Assembly (NCBI GenBank): GCA_028534125.1
Contig: CM052816.1
Span: forward strand, 10,976,001 to 11,040,000
Length of the DNA stretch: 64,000 nt
Direction of reading: 5' to 3'
Source: Lama glama
Taxonomy: Eukaryota
Positions 1 to 11,593 of the stretch are shown here, piece after piece. The notes beneath the pieces were generated by a model that saw nothing but the letters and a program-made list of their open reading frames with translations, ran no database searches and was not told the DNA's origin. Every line of letters begins with the position of its first letter. Positions within the stretch are counted from its first letter, which is position 1. Made by a program: the position numbers and the translations under genes.

Positions 1-284
1 GTGAGATGGCACTCATTCTCACCCTGGCAGGGCTCTTGTTCTCACTGGTGCCGCCTTCCTGTGGATCCCATTCCCTGAACTAGAATTGCTTGTAAATTCT
101 AAACAAATATATATATTTTAATAATATGGAAGATGGCCAAATTGATCGGTAAGAGGAAGGAAAGGATATCGTGGGCTGAGGTGATCCAGGAAGGCTTCCT
201 GGAAGAGGCAATGAACCCTGATAGGTAGATAGGAGTCAGAGAAACGAGAGCAAAGATAGATGGTATTCTGGATTGATTGTTGGT

Positions 285-550
285 AGTCACCAAAGTATAT
301 GTTGATATCCTAACCTATGTGATGGTATTAGGAGGTAGGGGCCTTTAGCAAGTGATTAGGTCACGAGGGTAGAGCTGTCATGAATGCAACATGTGTGTCC
401 ACGGGGACACAAGACCCAGCACAGGATCCTCACCAGAAGGGTCTATGACCATGCTGGCACCCTGCTCTCAGACTTCCAGCCTCTGGAACTCTGAGCACTC
501 TCTGTTGTTTAGAAGCTGCCTGGTCTGTGGTGTTCTGTGATAGCAACTCG
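285..550 (+). mobile_element. MaLR LTR fragment (MLT1A/B-like)
   Basis: Typical MLT1 motifs: gtgatggtattaggagg...gtgattaggtcacgagggtagag...gacttccagcctctggaactctgag...ggtctgtggtgttctgtgatagca. Confidence 0.75.
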
Positions 551-1539
551 ATAGAGGGGAGGGAGCAGGGATCAGGCCCCAGCACATGCGAAGTGCTCCA
601 GAAACATCTGCCACCATTCATACAGCATGTAAACCAGAGGTCACATACTACAGTCTGTGTGGCTCACAGGTGACTTATGTTTGACCACATACTAAAATTC
701 TATACTTGGTTGCTAACAGTGAAACATCAGTGCTCCTCAGAAAAAAATTTAGACTTTGAGACGCTCTGGCTGTGCTGGACCCACATTCCTGGTGCTGAGC
801 GGAAATGGGGTGTGGACACTCTAGTTTGCCACACTCGCTACCCCTCCCTGTTGTGTACCCATGTGTGCTATGTTTGTTTCACTACCTGACTGGCCCCTGG
901 AGGCAGGAATTCTCAGACCCTGGTGCGAACGATAAGTGGGCCAGTCAGGTTGCAGTGAAGAATCTGAGAAGGAGAGAAGTGGGGAGTGACATCGGAGTGC
1001 TGATCTAAGGCTGGATGTGAAGGGCCTTGAATGCCGGGCTCAGTGGGTGGGATGGGTGGCTATTGGCAGTTGGGAGTCACCACGGGTGTCTGAGCAGGGA
1101 AGTGGCGTTGCTTTGGGGAGAGTTATCCGGCACACAGTAGGACCACATGCAGTCTCCTGTTCTCTTGCTAAATCTTGATGGTCTGTGAGCTGCCGGCTTG
1201 CTCTGTCTCTGCATTTGCTGTGTTACAGTGTTCCTGGACCGTGTCAGCCCATGGGTGCAGCAGCAGCAGTGGGATGCCAGGAGGAGAGGGCGGCCGAGCT
1301 GCGTTGGGTCACCAGCTCCCTGGGAAGGGGCAAACCTGTCCCAGCCTGCTCGGGCCAGCCTCCCGGGCCAGCTGGAGAGGAGCAGCTGCTGAGGGGAGCA
1401 GGCTTTTCAGGGACCTCCAGGGAGAGCGAGCTACCGCCAGCACCGGAGACATAAGAGCAGCTTCCCTGCGGCCCGAGGGAGAGCTCCTTAGCCCTGTCCG
1501 CTCCTCTGTGGACAGTACGGGGAGGGAGGAGTGTTCACT

Positions 1540-2015
1540 TCCCGTTGTTACGGTAACAGGTGACAGCACACTGAGTGAACCTGGTGGCCTAAAACACTGG
1601 GAAGTTAGCATCTTAAAGTTGTGGAGGTCAGAAGTCTAAAATGCGTCTCACTGGGTCTGCAGGGCTGGGTTCTTCTGTGGCAGCTCAGGGGCGGGGGCAG
1701 TCTGTTTATTACCTTCTCCAGATTCTGGAGGCAGCCCACCTTCCTTGGCTGCTGGCCCCTTTCCTCCGTCTTCAAAGCCAGCAATGGCCGTCGAATCCTT
1801 CTCACAGCGCGTCCCTCTGACCCTGACTCTCCTGCCTCCTTTCACTTGTAAGGACCCTTGTCATTACGCTGGGCTCAACCAGATAATCCAGCAGAATCTC
1901 CCCGTTTTAAGGCCAGGTAGTCAGCAAGCTCAGTTCTCCGCCACGTGACATATTCACAGGTTCTGGGGATTACAGTGTGGGCATCTTTGGGGGGTAGGGG
2001 TGGAAATGAGCCACT
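1540..2015 (-). mobile_element. MaLR LTR (MLT1C-like), reverse orientation
   Basis: ggaggtcagaagtctaaaatg...ccttggctgctggcccctt...tcttcaaagccagcaatgg...aaggacccttgtcattac...tattcacaggttctgggga. Confidence 0.7.
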
Positions 2016-2535
2016 TTTCTTCCTTTAAGGGGAAAAAAAAAGCCCCCAGCTATGGTAAGTAAGTGGGCCCGCTCCTTATTGAAGGAAGTGCCCAAGAGCG
2101 TGGGGCCTTGTCGGTATAGCTCAGTCTTGTAAACCCAGCACCTAGCAGAGCGCCTCGCCCTACTGGGCAGCCAGTACACGTTGGCTGAAGAGTGTGTGAC
2201 ACGGGTGCTTGTGGACCTCTGGTCGTGTGCCGGGCACTGCACTAGGTGGATTCTTGCAACTATGCAAAAGGGGACTGGATATCTGCATTTTTCAGATAAT
2301 GAAGCTGGGTCTTAGAAAGTGTGAAAAAATGACGGACAATTCAGCCTGTAAATGGTAGGGCACGGGCTCTAGCCCAAATGTGTCTGACTCTGAAGTCCGT
2401 GAACATCTCCGGCACCGGCCCTAGAGACACACCTTAGTGATTCTGCGGCTCTCTAAGCAATCATCTTATCCTCCAGCCTTTCCACATGTGCTCTCTCTGT
2501 GCTGCAGTCCTGGGGCCCCACTGTCCCCCGAAAAT

Positions 2536-2692
2536 ATTTTTTTTCTTTTTTTTAACTTTATTTATTTTAAATGTCGGGGGGGCAGGTAATTAGATTTATT
2601 TATTTATTTTTGGAGGAGGTACTGGGGATTGAACCTAGAACCGCCTGCATGCTAAGCATGCAGCTCTGCCACTTGAGCTGTATCCTCCCCCA
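2536..2692 (-). mobile_element. tRNA-derived SINE (camelid Vic-1-like)
   Basis: Reverse complement reads ggggaggatacagctcaagtggcagag...gcatgcttagcatgcagg...ggttcaatccccagtacctcc, then (AAAT)n, ctaattacc and an A-rich tail. A and B boxes present. TSD ccccgaaaat at 2526-2535 and 2693-2702. Confidence 0.85.
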
Positions 2693-2787
2693 CCCCGAAA
2701 ATGTATTTATGACCTCAGGCCTTGTACTCGTGCTGATTCCCCTGTCTAGCATAGGAAGCACCCCCCAGGCCCCCCAGACGTCACCAT

Positions 2788-3211
2788 CGGGAGTCAGCGG
2801 ACTACAGTCTATAGGCCAAATCTGGCCTACCACCTGTTTTGGCACAACTCTAGCAAAGAATAAGGTTTTTACATTTTCTAATGGTTGAACAAAAATTTTA
2901 AAAAGTATGCTATTCCGTGACACATAAAAACTAGCTGACATTGACGTTTCCATGTCCGTAAGCAGAGCTTTATTGGAACACGCGCTCATCTGTTTCCGTG
3001 TTGTCTGTGCTGCTTTCACGCTACGGAGGCAGAATTGAGGAGTTGCAAATGGGACCAAACGGCCCCCAAAGCCAAAAATATTTCCTATCTTGCTCTTTAC
3101 TGGAGAAGTTTGCCGAGGCAGAATTGAGGAGTTGCAAACGGGACCAAATGGCCCCCAAAGCCAAAAATATTTCCTATCTGGCTCTTTACTGGAGAAGTTT
3201 GCCAACCTCTG
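2788..3211 (+). mobile_element. hAT-Charlie MER58B-like element containing an 89-bp tandem duplication
   Basis: ggccaaatctggcc...gaataaggtttttacattt...tttattggaacac...gaagtttgccaacctctg terminus. Confidence 0.8.
3026..3203 (+). repeat. Tandem duplication, 2 x 89 bp
   Basis: Units 3026-3114 and 3115-3203 differ at 3 positions. Confidence 0.95.
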
Positions 3212-3317
3212 ATCTTTCTGGAGCTTACTGACCATTCAGGGTTCAGCTTGTTATTAAGCCTTCCATGATTAGACCAGCCCAGATCACAGCACACCAGACT
3301 GTCTCATCATTTTTGCC

Positions 3318-3817
3318 NNNNNNNNNNNNNNNNNNNNNNNNNNNNNNNNNNNNNNNNNNNNNNNNNNNNNNNNNNNNNNNNNNNNNNNNNNNNNNNNNNN
3401 NNNNNNNNNNNNNNNNNNNNNNNNNNNNNNNNNNNNNNNNNNNNNNNNNNNNNNNNNNNNNNNNNNNNNNNNNNNNNNNNNNNNNNNNNNNNNNNNNNNN
3501 NNNNNNNNNNNNNNNNNNNNNNNNNNNNNNNNNNNNNNNNNNNNNNNNNNNNNNNNNNNNNNNNNNNNNNNNNNNNNNNNNNNNNNNNNNNNNNNNNNNN
3601 NNNNNNNNNNNNNNNNNNNNNNNNNNNNNNNNNNNNNNNNNNNNNNNNNNNNNNNNNNNNNNNNNNNNNNNNNNNNNNNNNNNNNNNNNNNNNNNNNNNN
3701 NNNNNNNNNNNNNNNNNNNNNNNNNNNNNNNNNNNNNNNNNNNNNNNNNNNNNNNNNNNNNNNNNNNNNNNNNNNNNNNNNNNNNNNNNNNNNNNNNNNN
3801 NNNNNNNNNNNNNNNNN
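3318..3817. other. Assembly gap (exactly 500 N)
   Basis: Run of N; the round length suggests a placeholder size. Confidence 0.99.
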
Positions 3818-3940
3818 CTTGTGATGTCAACTCTTACCCAGGATTCTGGGGCCTTATTCATTTAGCCAGTCATCTAAACTGTCTCACATGAACAGCTGTG
3901 CGCCGAGGGACCATGAAGGAGAACATCAAATACAAGATAG

Positions 3941-4832
3941 TTTTTTCTAAATTGAAGCATAGTTGATTTACAGTGTTGTGTTAGTTTCTGGTGTACAGCA
4001 GTGATTCAGTTATGCACATATGTTCTTTTTCGTATTCTTTTTTCATTATAGGTTATTACAAGATACTGAATGTAGTTCCCTGTGCTATACAGTAGGATCT
4101 TGTTGTTTATCTATTTTATATGTAGTAGTTAGTATCTGCAGATCTCAAACTCATAATTAATCCTCCCCCCTTTCCCCTTTGGTAACCATAAATTTGTTTT
4201 CTGTTTTGTCAATAAGCTCATCTGTCATTTTTTAGATTCCACATATAAGTGACATCATATATTTGTCATTCTCTGTCTGACTTACTTCCCTTAGTATGAT
4301 AATCTCTAGGTCCACCCATGTTGCTGCAAATGGCATTATTTTATTCTTTTTTATGGTTGAGTGTTATTCTGTTGTAGAAATATACCACAGCTGCTTTATC
4401 CAGTCACCTGTCCATGGACATTTAGGTTGCTTCCAAATCTTGGCTGTTGTATATAGTGCTGCTATGAATATTGGGGTGCATGTATCCTTTTGAATTAAGA
4501 GTTTTCTCCAGATTTATGGCCAGGAGTAGGTTTGTTGGATCATAAGTCTATTTCTGGTTTTTTAAGGAATCTCCATTTGTCTTCCACAGTGGCTGCACCA
4601 CTAAATTACAATCCCACCAGCAGTGTAGGAGGGTTCCCTTTTCTCCACAGCCTCTCCAGCATTTGTCATTTGTGGACTTCTGAATGATGGCCATTCTGAG
4701 TGGTGTGAGGTGATACTTCATTGTAGTTTTGATTTACATTTCTCTGATAATTAGCCATCGTGAGCATCTTTTCATGTCCCTACTGGCCATGTGTATGTCA
4801 TCTTTGGAGATATGTCTGTTCAGGTCCTCTGT
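3941..4832 (-). mobile_element. LINE-1 3' fragment (3' UTR and end of ORF2)
   Basis: T-rich start followed by typical antisense L1 text: gttgatttacagtgttgtg...tagattccacatataagtga...atgatggccattctgagtggtgtgaggtgatac. Confidence 0.9.
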
Positions 4833-6513
4833 GGGGCTGTCATTTTAAGGCTTTACAGTGTTGCTACACTGACCTCCTAGTATGCCGAACAGCTCGAAAA
4901 CAGAGTCCTAGGTGGAACCTTGTAAACATTCTTTTTATGTCACTTAAAGAGCCTCCGGGGTTCTGTAGTCCTCAGTCCCAAATTGTTAAGAGTCTTAATG
5001 AAAGAAATAGGATTGGCTGATACAGAATCGATGCATTCTTTTGATAAAAAAGGACTGACATTTACTGAGGACCTACTGTGTGCCGAGCAGTATACATGCA
5101 CTTTCTGCAGCAGTAAGTAAAACGTGAGCAGCTGGTAAATGACTGCCTCCAAAGTGCAGTTTGCAGAGCCCTTCCCACCTCCAGCTGTACTTGCAGATGC
5201 ACTGGGTAGGGGATGACCAAGCCTCAGGGTCCCCATTTCTCTCTCTGTGGGGACATCTATATGGGGCATGCCTGGAGTTTCTAAGTCCCCAGTCCTAATG
5301 AGATTACCTCAAATAGAGACTAAGGTGAAAATCTAGTTAACTCTGCAGACACTAGAGTCCAGGGGTCTTCATTAGTGTGGACCCCAGACCAAGAGGTTAG
5401 GGCACAGACTGAGACACTGGCTCAGAGACTAATCAGCTCATATTTTTTGGTTTCAAGGGGTTTAATTTTCAAATTCAGTTCTGATCAGGTTTTGTTGTTG
5501 TTGTTCTTTTAAGTGATTCTGGGAAAATTAGTACTTTGGTTTGGCTTGTGGCTTAATTGAGCAAGGTTTGAAAGACAAATCGTATTAGATTTTCAACATA
5601 GGGTTTGATAGGGACTCGGTGAGTGCATTGAGCAGGCAGGGAAGAGGAAGCCTTGGGGGATGAGTTACTCAAGAACCTGCAGGCTGGTAGCTGGTTCAGC
5701 CTGAATTGTGGTAGAAACACAAGTGGAACCATACTCCATTGGTCAAAAATAATTAAAATGTAGGCAAATAAATGTGTATATAACTCGACGTCAGAGATGC
5801 CAAGCACCCAGAAGGCAAAGATTTTAACATCTTGCTTTGGTTTTAATCAAGCAGTATTTATTGAACATTGATGTGCACTAGTTTCAGTACAAAGATGAGA
5901 AAAAACACTCCTGCCCTCAGGAAGCTCCCATCGCAGGTGAGATAAGACTGAGGCATGGATTGTTAAGTAACAGTGTGAGACATTACAGTTTCATTGTGCG
6001 GGTACCCGAGCAACTGCGCAAGGAATGGATCAGACTGAGTGTGATGGGGCTTCAAAGAAAAGGAAAGAGCATTAGAGGCTAAAACAGGAGGTAAGAGATG
6101 AGGCAGCTGAATCAAGCAGAATTTGAAACAATGGAGGAGGAAGGATGAGGCAGAGCATAAACATGGGACACAGCAAGAGGTATTCTGGGTATCCAGTTTG
6201 AACCAGAGAAGATCAGAAGGTCGGTCAGAGAAATGAATTAAGGCAGCTTACAGTGAACTTCTTTTATTCCTGTAAGTGCCTTGAATTCCTGTAAGTGGAA
6301 ATCAGTTGAATGTACTGAAAGAGTTAAGAACCTGGATATCAGAGCAAATGAAAAATATACACAAAAGACACTGTAGCCACAGTTTACCCCCCTGAGACTG
6401 AGGCACAGGAAAGCTAAGTAACTTGCCCAAAGTCACACAGCTAGTCAACAGTGGACTTACCTTAGGCCCAAGGCAGTCTGGTAGCAAAGCCCCACTACTG
6501 AACGGCACAGTCC

Positions 6514-7040
6514 AAGAAATAAAAATGTGTACATCAATATTCATAGCATCATTATTCACAATAGCCAAAAAGTAGAAACAAATGTCCACCAACTGATGAA
6601 TAGATAAACAGAATGTCATATATCCATACCATGGAATATTATTCAGCCACAAACAGGAACTGATCATGTCACAACACGAACGAACCTTGTAAACATTACA
6701 CTAACGGGAAGAAGCCAGTCACCAAAACAAAAACAAAAAAGCCCCCACATATTGTATGATTCTATTTGTGTGAAATTTCTAGAATGGGCAGTTCCATAAA
6801 ATAATAGATGACTGGGTGCCTATGGCTGCAGGAATAGAGAATAGGGAGTGACTGCCAATAGACATAGAGTTGTCAGGGGCTTTTTGGGACGAGAGGTGAT
6901 GAAAATGCCCTAAATTAGACTTTGTTAGTGGCAACGTGATTATGTGATTATACTTAAAAAGACAAAAACAAAAAAAACACAAGTATAAAATTTAGGTGAG
7001 TACATTTTATAGTATGTGAATTATACTTCCAAAAAAAAGG
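6514..7040 (+). mobile_element. Old LINE-1 (L1M) 3' fragment
   Basis: ttcatagcatcattattcacaatagccaaaaagtagaaac...ccatggaatattattcagcc...gtatgtgaattatac, then an A tail. Confidence 0.8.
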
Positions 7041-7400
7041 TGTAAAAACCTTTGTAAAGCATCTAAGATGACTGAGGGGTTTGGGTATGTATGGACAGCG
7101 ATACCCAGGGACTCACGGGAACGTGACATGGAGTGAGGTACGGAGACGTGGAGCCTGTTAAGGGTCAGGTCTGCGGACGGGCCAAGTCCCGAGCCGGTCC
7201 TTCTCTGAGAAACAAAATACAGAAGCCAGTGACCGCTTTTTCTCCTGCCAGGAACTGACAGTCCTGTTGGTGGCACCTTGCATGCTGTAGATTCCAGCCC
7301 GACTCCAAGGTAGACTGCCGGCTTTCTTGCTGGCCCAGACATGCTAGCACCAGTTAGTGAGGATGCGCTAAATGTGTTTTGCTTTGCTTTTGTTCTGCAG

Positions 7401-7570
7401 TTTTTGAAGAGCCGGAAGATCCAAGCAACAGGTCGTTTTTCTCTGAAATTATCTCTTCAATTTCGGATGTGAAGTTCAGCCACAGTGGGAGGTATATCAT
7501 GACCAGAGACTATCTGACTGTCAAAGTTTGGGATCTCAATATGGAAAATCGCCCCATCGAGACTTACCAG
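7401..7570 (+). CDS. PPP2R2B: PPP2R2B internal coding exon (third from last), WD40 propeller of PP2A B55-beta
   Basis: Acceptor ttttgttctgcag ends at 7400; donor CAG|gtacag at 7571. 170 nt = 2 nt of a split codon + 56 codons: [56 protein letters not shown]. This matches B55-beta ([22 protein letters not shown]). Confidence 0.97.
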
Positions 7571-7589
7571 GTACAGAGCACCTTCCACC

Positions 7590-8740
7590 CATAGGTAGAG
7601 TGAGCCCTTCCTTTGTGGGTTCCAGGTCAACGTCTGCCTGCAAAGATTTACAAGGCAGGCGAGTAAAAGACATCTTGAGCCAATGGAACATGCAGAAATA
7701 GCAGGTAGGCACCCAGTGCAAGTCTGGCTAGATCCAGCCTAGAGAGAAGAGCAGGAACCGTGCCCTGAGGCCCCAGTGTTTATAGGCTGGGGAGGGAGAG
7801 GAAGTGGATTTGGCAAGAGAGATGGAAGCAAAGTGCCAATGAAGTAGAAGGGAAACAGAGAAGAGTGTCCTGGAAGGCAAGTGAAGAAACTGTCTCAAGG
7901 AAGGAGGAAGCCCCCAACTGCCAAATCTAGTAAGAAAGGACTGAGAAAGGGCCACTGGAGTTAGTGATGTCTGAAATTAACGGCCACATGTAGGTGAAGT
8001 GGGAGGAGTCTGATTGGAGTGGGTTCAAGAGAGACTGTAAATCGAGGATGTGGGCATAATGAGTACAGGTAACTCAAAGAATGCTGTTCTGAGGGGGAAC
8101 AGAGCAATGGGCAGTCTCTGGAATGGGATACAGGATTCGGGAAGTTATCCCAGCTCATTTTATGCTAATAGGAACAAGCCAGGAGAGAGAGAGCTCACGA
8201 AAGCAGTCAGCTCTCTGAGGGAGTAGATTCCATTGCAGAAATGGCCTTAGATGAGACAGAAAGTTCATCCATCAAAGGAAGAGAGAAGACTAAACAGACG
8301 CAGTAAGTTTGTGAATTTTGTGATAGGAACATAGGGATGGTTTCTTCTTAGTGCTTCTATTTACCAGTAAGATCAGAAGCAAGGTCATCAGCTGCATGAG
8401 AAGCAGAAGTGTAAACTGACTAGGGCAGCGTTGTCGGGTTGCTCGGGTGTCCTCTTGAGGTTTATTTTATTTATCTGAAGTGAGACTAAGCTGTGTGTGT
8501 GTTTTTTTCCCCAGCCACATTCACCTGCTTGGTACAGGGAAGGAAGGCAGAAAGTTAGATTTAACCAGTGATGGGGTTTTTGCCAAATAAGTACAATGGA
8601 AGGAGGGAGAAAGGCAAGTCTGTTGAAGGTCTGTAGTAAGGGAGTGGTTGGAATGATGGTTTGCTGAATCTTTGGAAATGGAGAATTGATGGAATCAAGA
8701 TACTAAGGGGAGTGATCGAAGTGAGAGGAGGCAGCAAAGG
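7590..8740 (-). mobile_element. LINE-2 fragment
   Basis: Purine-rich antisense L2 signature, e.g. gaagagtgtcctggaaggcaagtgaagaaactgtctcaagg...gggttcaagagaga. Confidence 0.6.
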
Positions 8741-9886
8741 AGTGATACTTTGTTAAACAACTGCAGTCATAATAATGATAAGGCTCGTAGAAGGACCCAG
8801 GAAGCAAAGGACAAAACTGATTGAACTTGTCCTCTTCCTGATTGAAAAATCTGCTACTCCAGAGGCTACTCATGGGACGGCTGGACTTCTGCCCTCGTGT
8901 GGCGAGGTGGGGTTAGTGCAGTGCTGCTCCTGTCTGAGGTCCTCAGCTCCTTGGACGTTATGCCATCAAACATGACTTTCTGCTACCCATCCTTCTTACA
9001 GTCATCAATGGTTCTGACTCCCTCTGCCTCATTCCTGGAAGCAACTCTTAGTGAGTCTAATATTCTGGTGTCTGTTACCTGGCCTCTTCATTTTCAAAGA
9101 GGAGGTTGAGGACTTGGATGACTGAATGAGATCCAGGGGTGCTAGAACAGGGTCTGGGGCCCAGGATTCAAGACCCAGGTATGTGGTTGAGGTAGTCTGG
9201 CTACCCCTGGGGTTCAAACTGCATCCCCTGTATATTTAGGGTCTTACTGTCCCCAAGCTCCTACTCACAGCCCTTCATCTTCATCCCAGTTGGCTAGAGC
9301 CAATATGAGGGTCCTGCTCTAGCTGCACAAGACAAACCATCTGGTGTCACAGCACTTAGAACTAGAACCTGAATGGGCATGGCACTGACAGAAGTGTGCC
9401 GGCTGGAGAGCCTCGGTTAGCAATCAGTACTTTTACGTTAGGGAAAAGCTTTTAGAACAAAGCTAGCTAGGTGTGACGTGGGATCATCAGCATTTAAGAT
9501 CTTGGTTCTCAAACTGTTTAGCTAGTGGTAGACTTGGAAATCCTTTTTGTGGAACACTGATAGGTAGCATAGCCCATGTACTGAAGTGAAATGTTACAAA
9601 AACTTAACCTGTTTTAGAAGGCATATATCAAGCATTTTACTTACCATCTTTGATGTGATATATAAGCGTAATATACCATACAAAAGTTGGTTTTAAGAAA
9701 AACTGCATCTGGAACAGTGTGGGAAAAGACTGTGAGGTCTGGTCCAGTAGAAAGTACTAGTGCCTTCCCTGGGCAGGGAGCCAAGTGGTATTCCCGCAGA
9801 TTTTCATGTATCCCTAACTGATCACAAGCAGGAGGCTGTAGACTTAAGCTATTTTATGATCAGCTATTTTCAAGTCTACCTATAAA

Positions 9887-10072
9887 CCAGGGGTTGGCAA
9901 ATGGCAACTTGTAGGCCACATCCAGCACCCCTATCTGTCTTGGTAAAAGTTGTTTTACTGAAACCCAGCCCCACCCGATCATTTACAGATTGTCTGTGGC
10001 CGCCTTCACGCTACAGTGGCTGAGTCATCATGACAGAGATCGTCTGGCCCACAAAGCTTAAGAGATTTACTA
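9887..10072 (+). mobile_element. MER58A-like hAT element
   Basis: Begins caggggttggcaaa...ggccacatccagc...ttgtctgtggccgccttcacgctacagtggc. Confidence 0.75.
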
Positions 10073-10539
10073 GAAGAACAAAAAATCTTCACCTCGCTAG
10101 GCCTCAGAGTAGTCTAGTAACTCCGCAGCACTCGGCCTCCACAAGCGCGTGATTTGATGACCACTGCGTAGGGAGAGTCGGTGTCAGGACGGCTGTGCTC
10201 CAGGTAGTAGGAACCTAGAAGAGAGCGAGTATTTGAAACATGAAGAGAGAAGCCACACATAGGATGAGTTTTAAGGTCTCTCTTACTCTGCTCTCTAGAT
10301 GTTCTCATGTATCTCGCCTTATTCTCTCCTCTGACGGAGAAAACTCCATGTGCTTTATAACAGAGCGTGTATGTGACACGCCTCCACCGAGGTGAATCTT
10401 TTCCTGCAGATGCCCTTTAACTGGAAGTGGTTAGGAGCCTCTCAGGACTTCGATGCGACAGAGAAGAGAATAATGGCTCAGACTAGGTTTTCCCTTTGAA
10501 TCCACCTAGACTTCTCTCTTATTTTCACTTTTATCTCCT

Positions 10540-10990
10540 ATTTTCTTTTATTGAATTATGGTCAGTTTACAATGTGTCAATGTACAGCACAATTTTTCAG
10601 TTAGACATGAACATACATATATTCGTTGTCACATTCTTTTTCACCGTGAGCTACAAGATCTTGTATATATTTCCCTGTGCTATACAGTATAATCTTGTTT
10701 ATCCACTCTGCATATGCCTGTCAGTATCTACAAATTTCGAACTCCCTATCTTTCTCTTTCTGGCTTACTTCACTTAGAATGACATTCTCCAGGGTCATCC
10801 ATGTAGCTGCAAATGGTGTTATGTTGTCGGTTTTTATGGCTGAGTTGTATGCCATTGTGTAAACATACCACACATCTTTACCCAGTCATTTGTTGGACAT
10901 TTAGGCTGTTTCCATGTCTTGGCTAGTGTAAATAACACTGGGGTGTAGGTGTCTTTTTGAAGTAGGCTTCCTTCTGGCTATATGCCCAGG
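10540..10990 (-). mobile_element. Lineage-type LINE-1 3' fragment
   Basis: Antisense L1 3' UTR (ttgtcacattctt...ttccctgtgctatacagt...ggacatttaggctgtttccatgtcttggct). Same 3' end type as the + strand copy at ~54835. Confidence 0.8.
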
Positions 10991-11200
10991 CATCTCCTAG
11001 ACTTTTATCTCTTAAGGTTTATTAATAAAATGAGTTATTGGTGCTGCAGTTCCTGTAATAACTGACGCACACTTCCAAAGCACACATTTTCATATGTATC
11101 ACTAACCTGTGATATTCCTTTAAGATAAAAAATGTGAAAGGTGAGTGCCCAGGGCCAGCCCGGACAGGGCAGGACGGGGCGGGGGGCACTCTCTCCCCCC

Positions 11201-11593
11201 AACCTGAGATTGACTGGAAGAAACCACACAAAAACTATCTGCTTCATGATTCCAATTACATAAAATTCACAAGGAATTTTCTAAAACACACAAACAAGCA
11301 GAACTATAATGTTTCAGATATATACTTAGTGGTCACGCCACTAAGAAAAACAAGGAAATGGTTATTATAAAATTAAGGACCATGGTGATCTTTGGGCAAA
11401 AGGACTCCCTCAGAGCAGGCATTCAGGAGACTTCTGGGAAGCTGGCAACAGAACCCATTTGCCATTTTAAAGGAGTTCCCTTTATAATAATTCACTAACT
11501 TCTACATTAGTTCTGTTCAATTTTCTGTCTTATGTATTTCACCTTTTGAAAGATTTTCTTAAAAGCTAAGAGAGGCACTCAAACACCCTGACA
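11201..11593 (+). repeat. Duplicated segment (old L1M 3' end plus flank), paralogous to 27842-28234
   Basis: Colinear alignment by eye; 13 mismatches in the first 105 nt. Both copies end ...aaaagctaagagagg(c/g)actcaaacaccctgaca. Confidence 0.92.

Noticed and set aside
1175..1639. GC-rich region with overlapping ORFs as a gene or CpG-island promoter
   Set aside because: No recognisable protein, modest CpG density, intronic location, and it runs into an MLT1 LTR.
2100..2200. tRNA-like ggtatagctcag motif
   Set aside because: No B box or cloverleaf; the context fits an L2 3' end.
2600..3235. 211-aa minus-strand ORF with an internal repeat
   Set aside because: Made up of SINE and MER58 sequence and the 89-bp duplication; no protein family resemblance.
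3243..3891. Long ORFs of 184-208 aa
   Set aside because: Artefacts of the 500-N gap.
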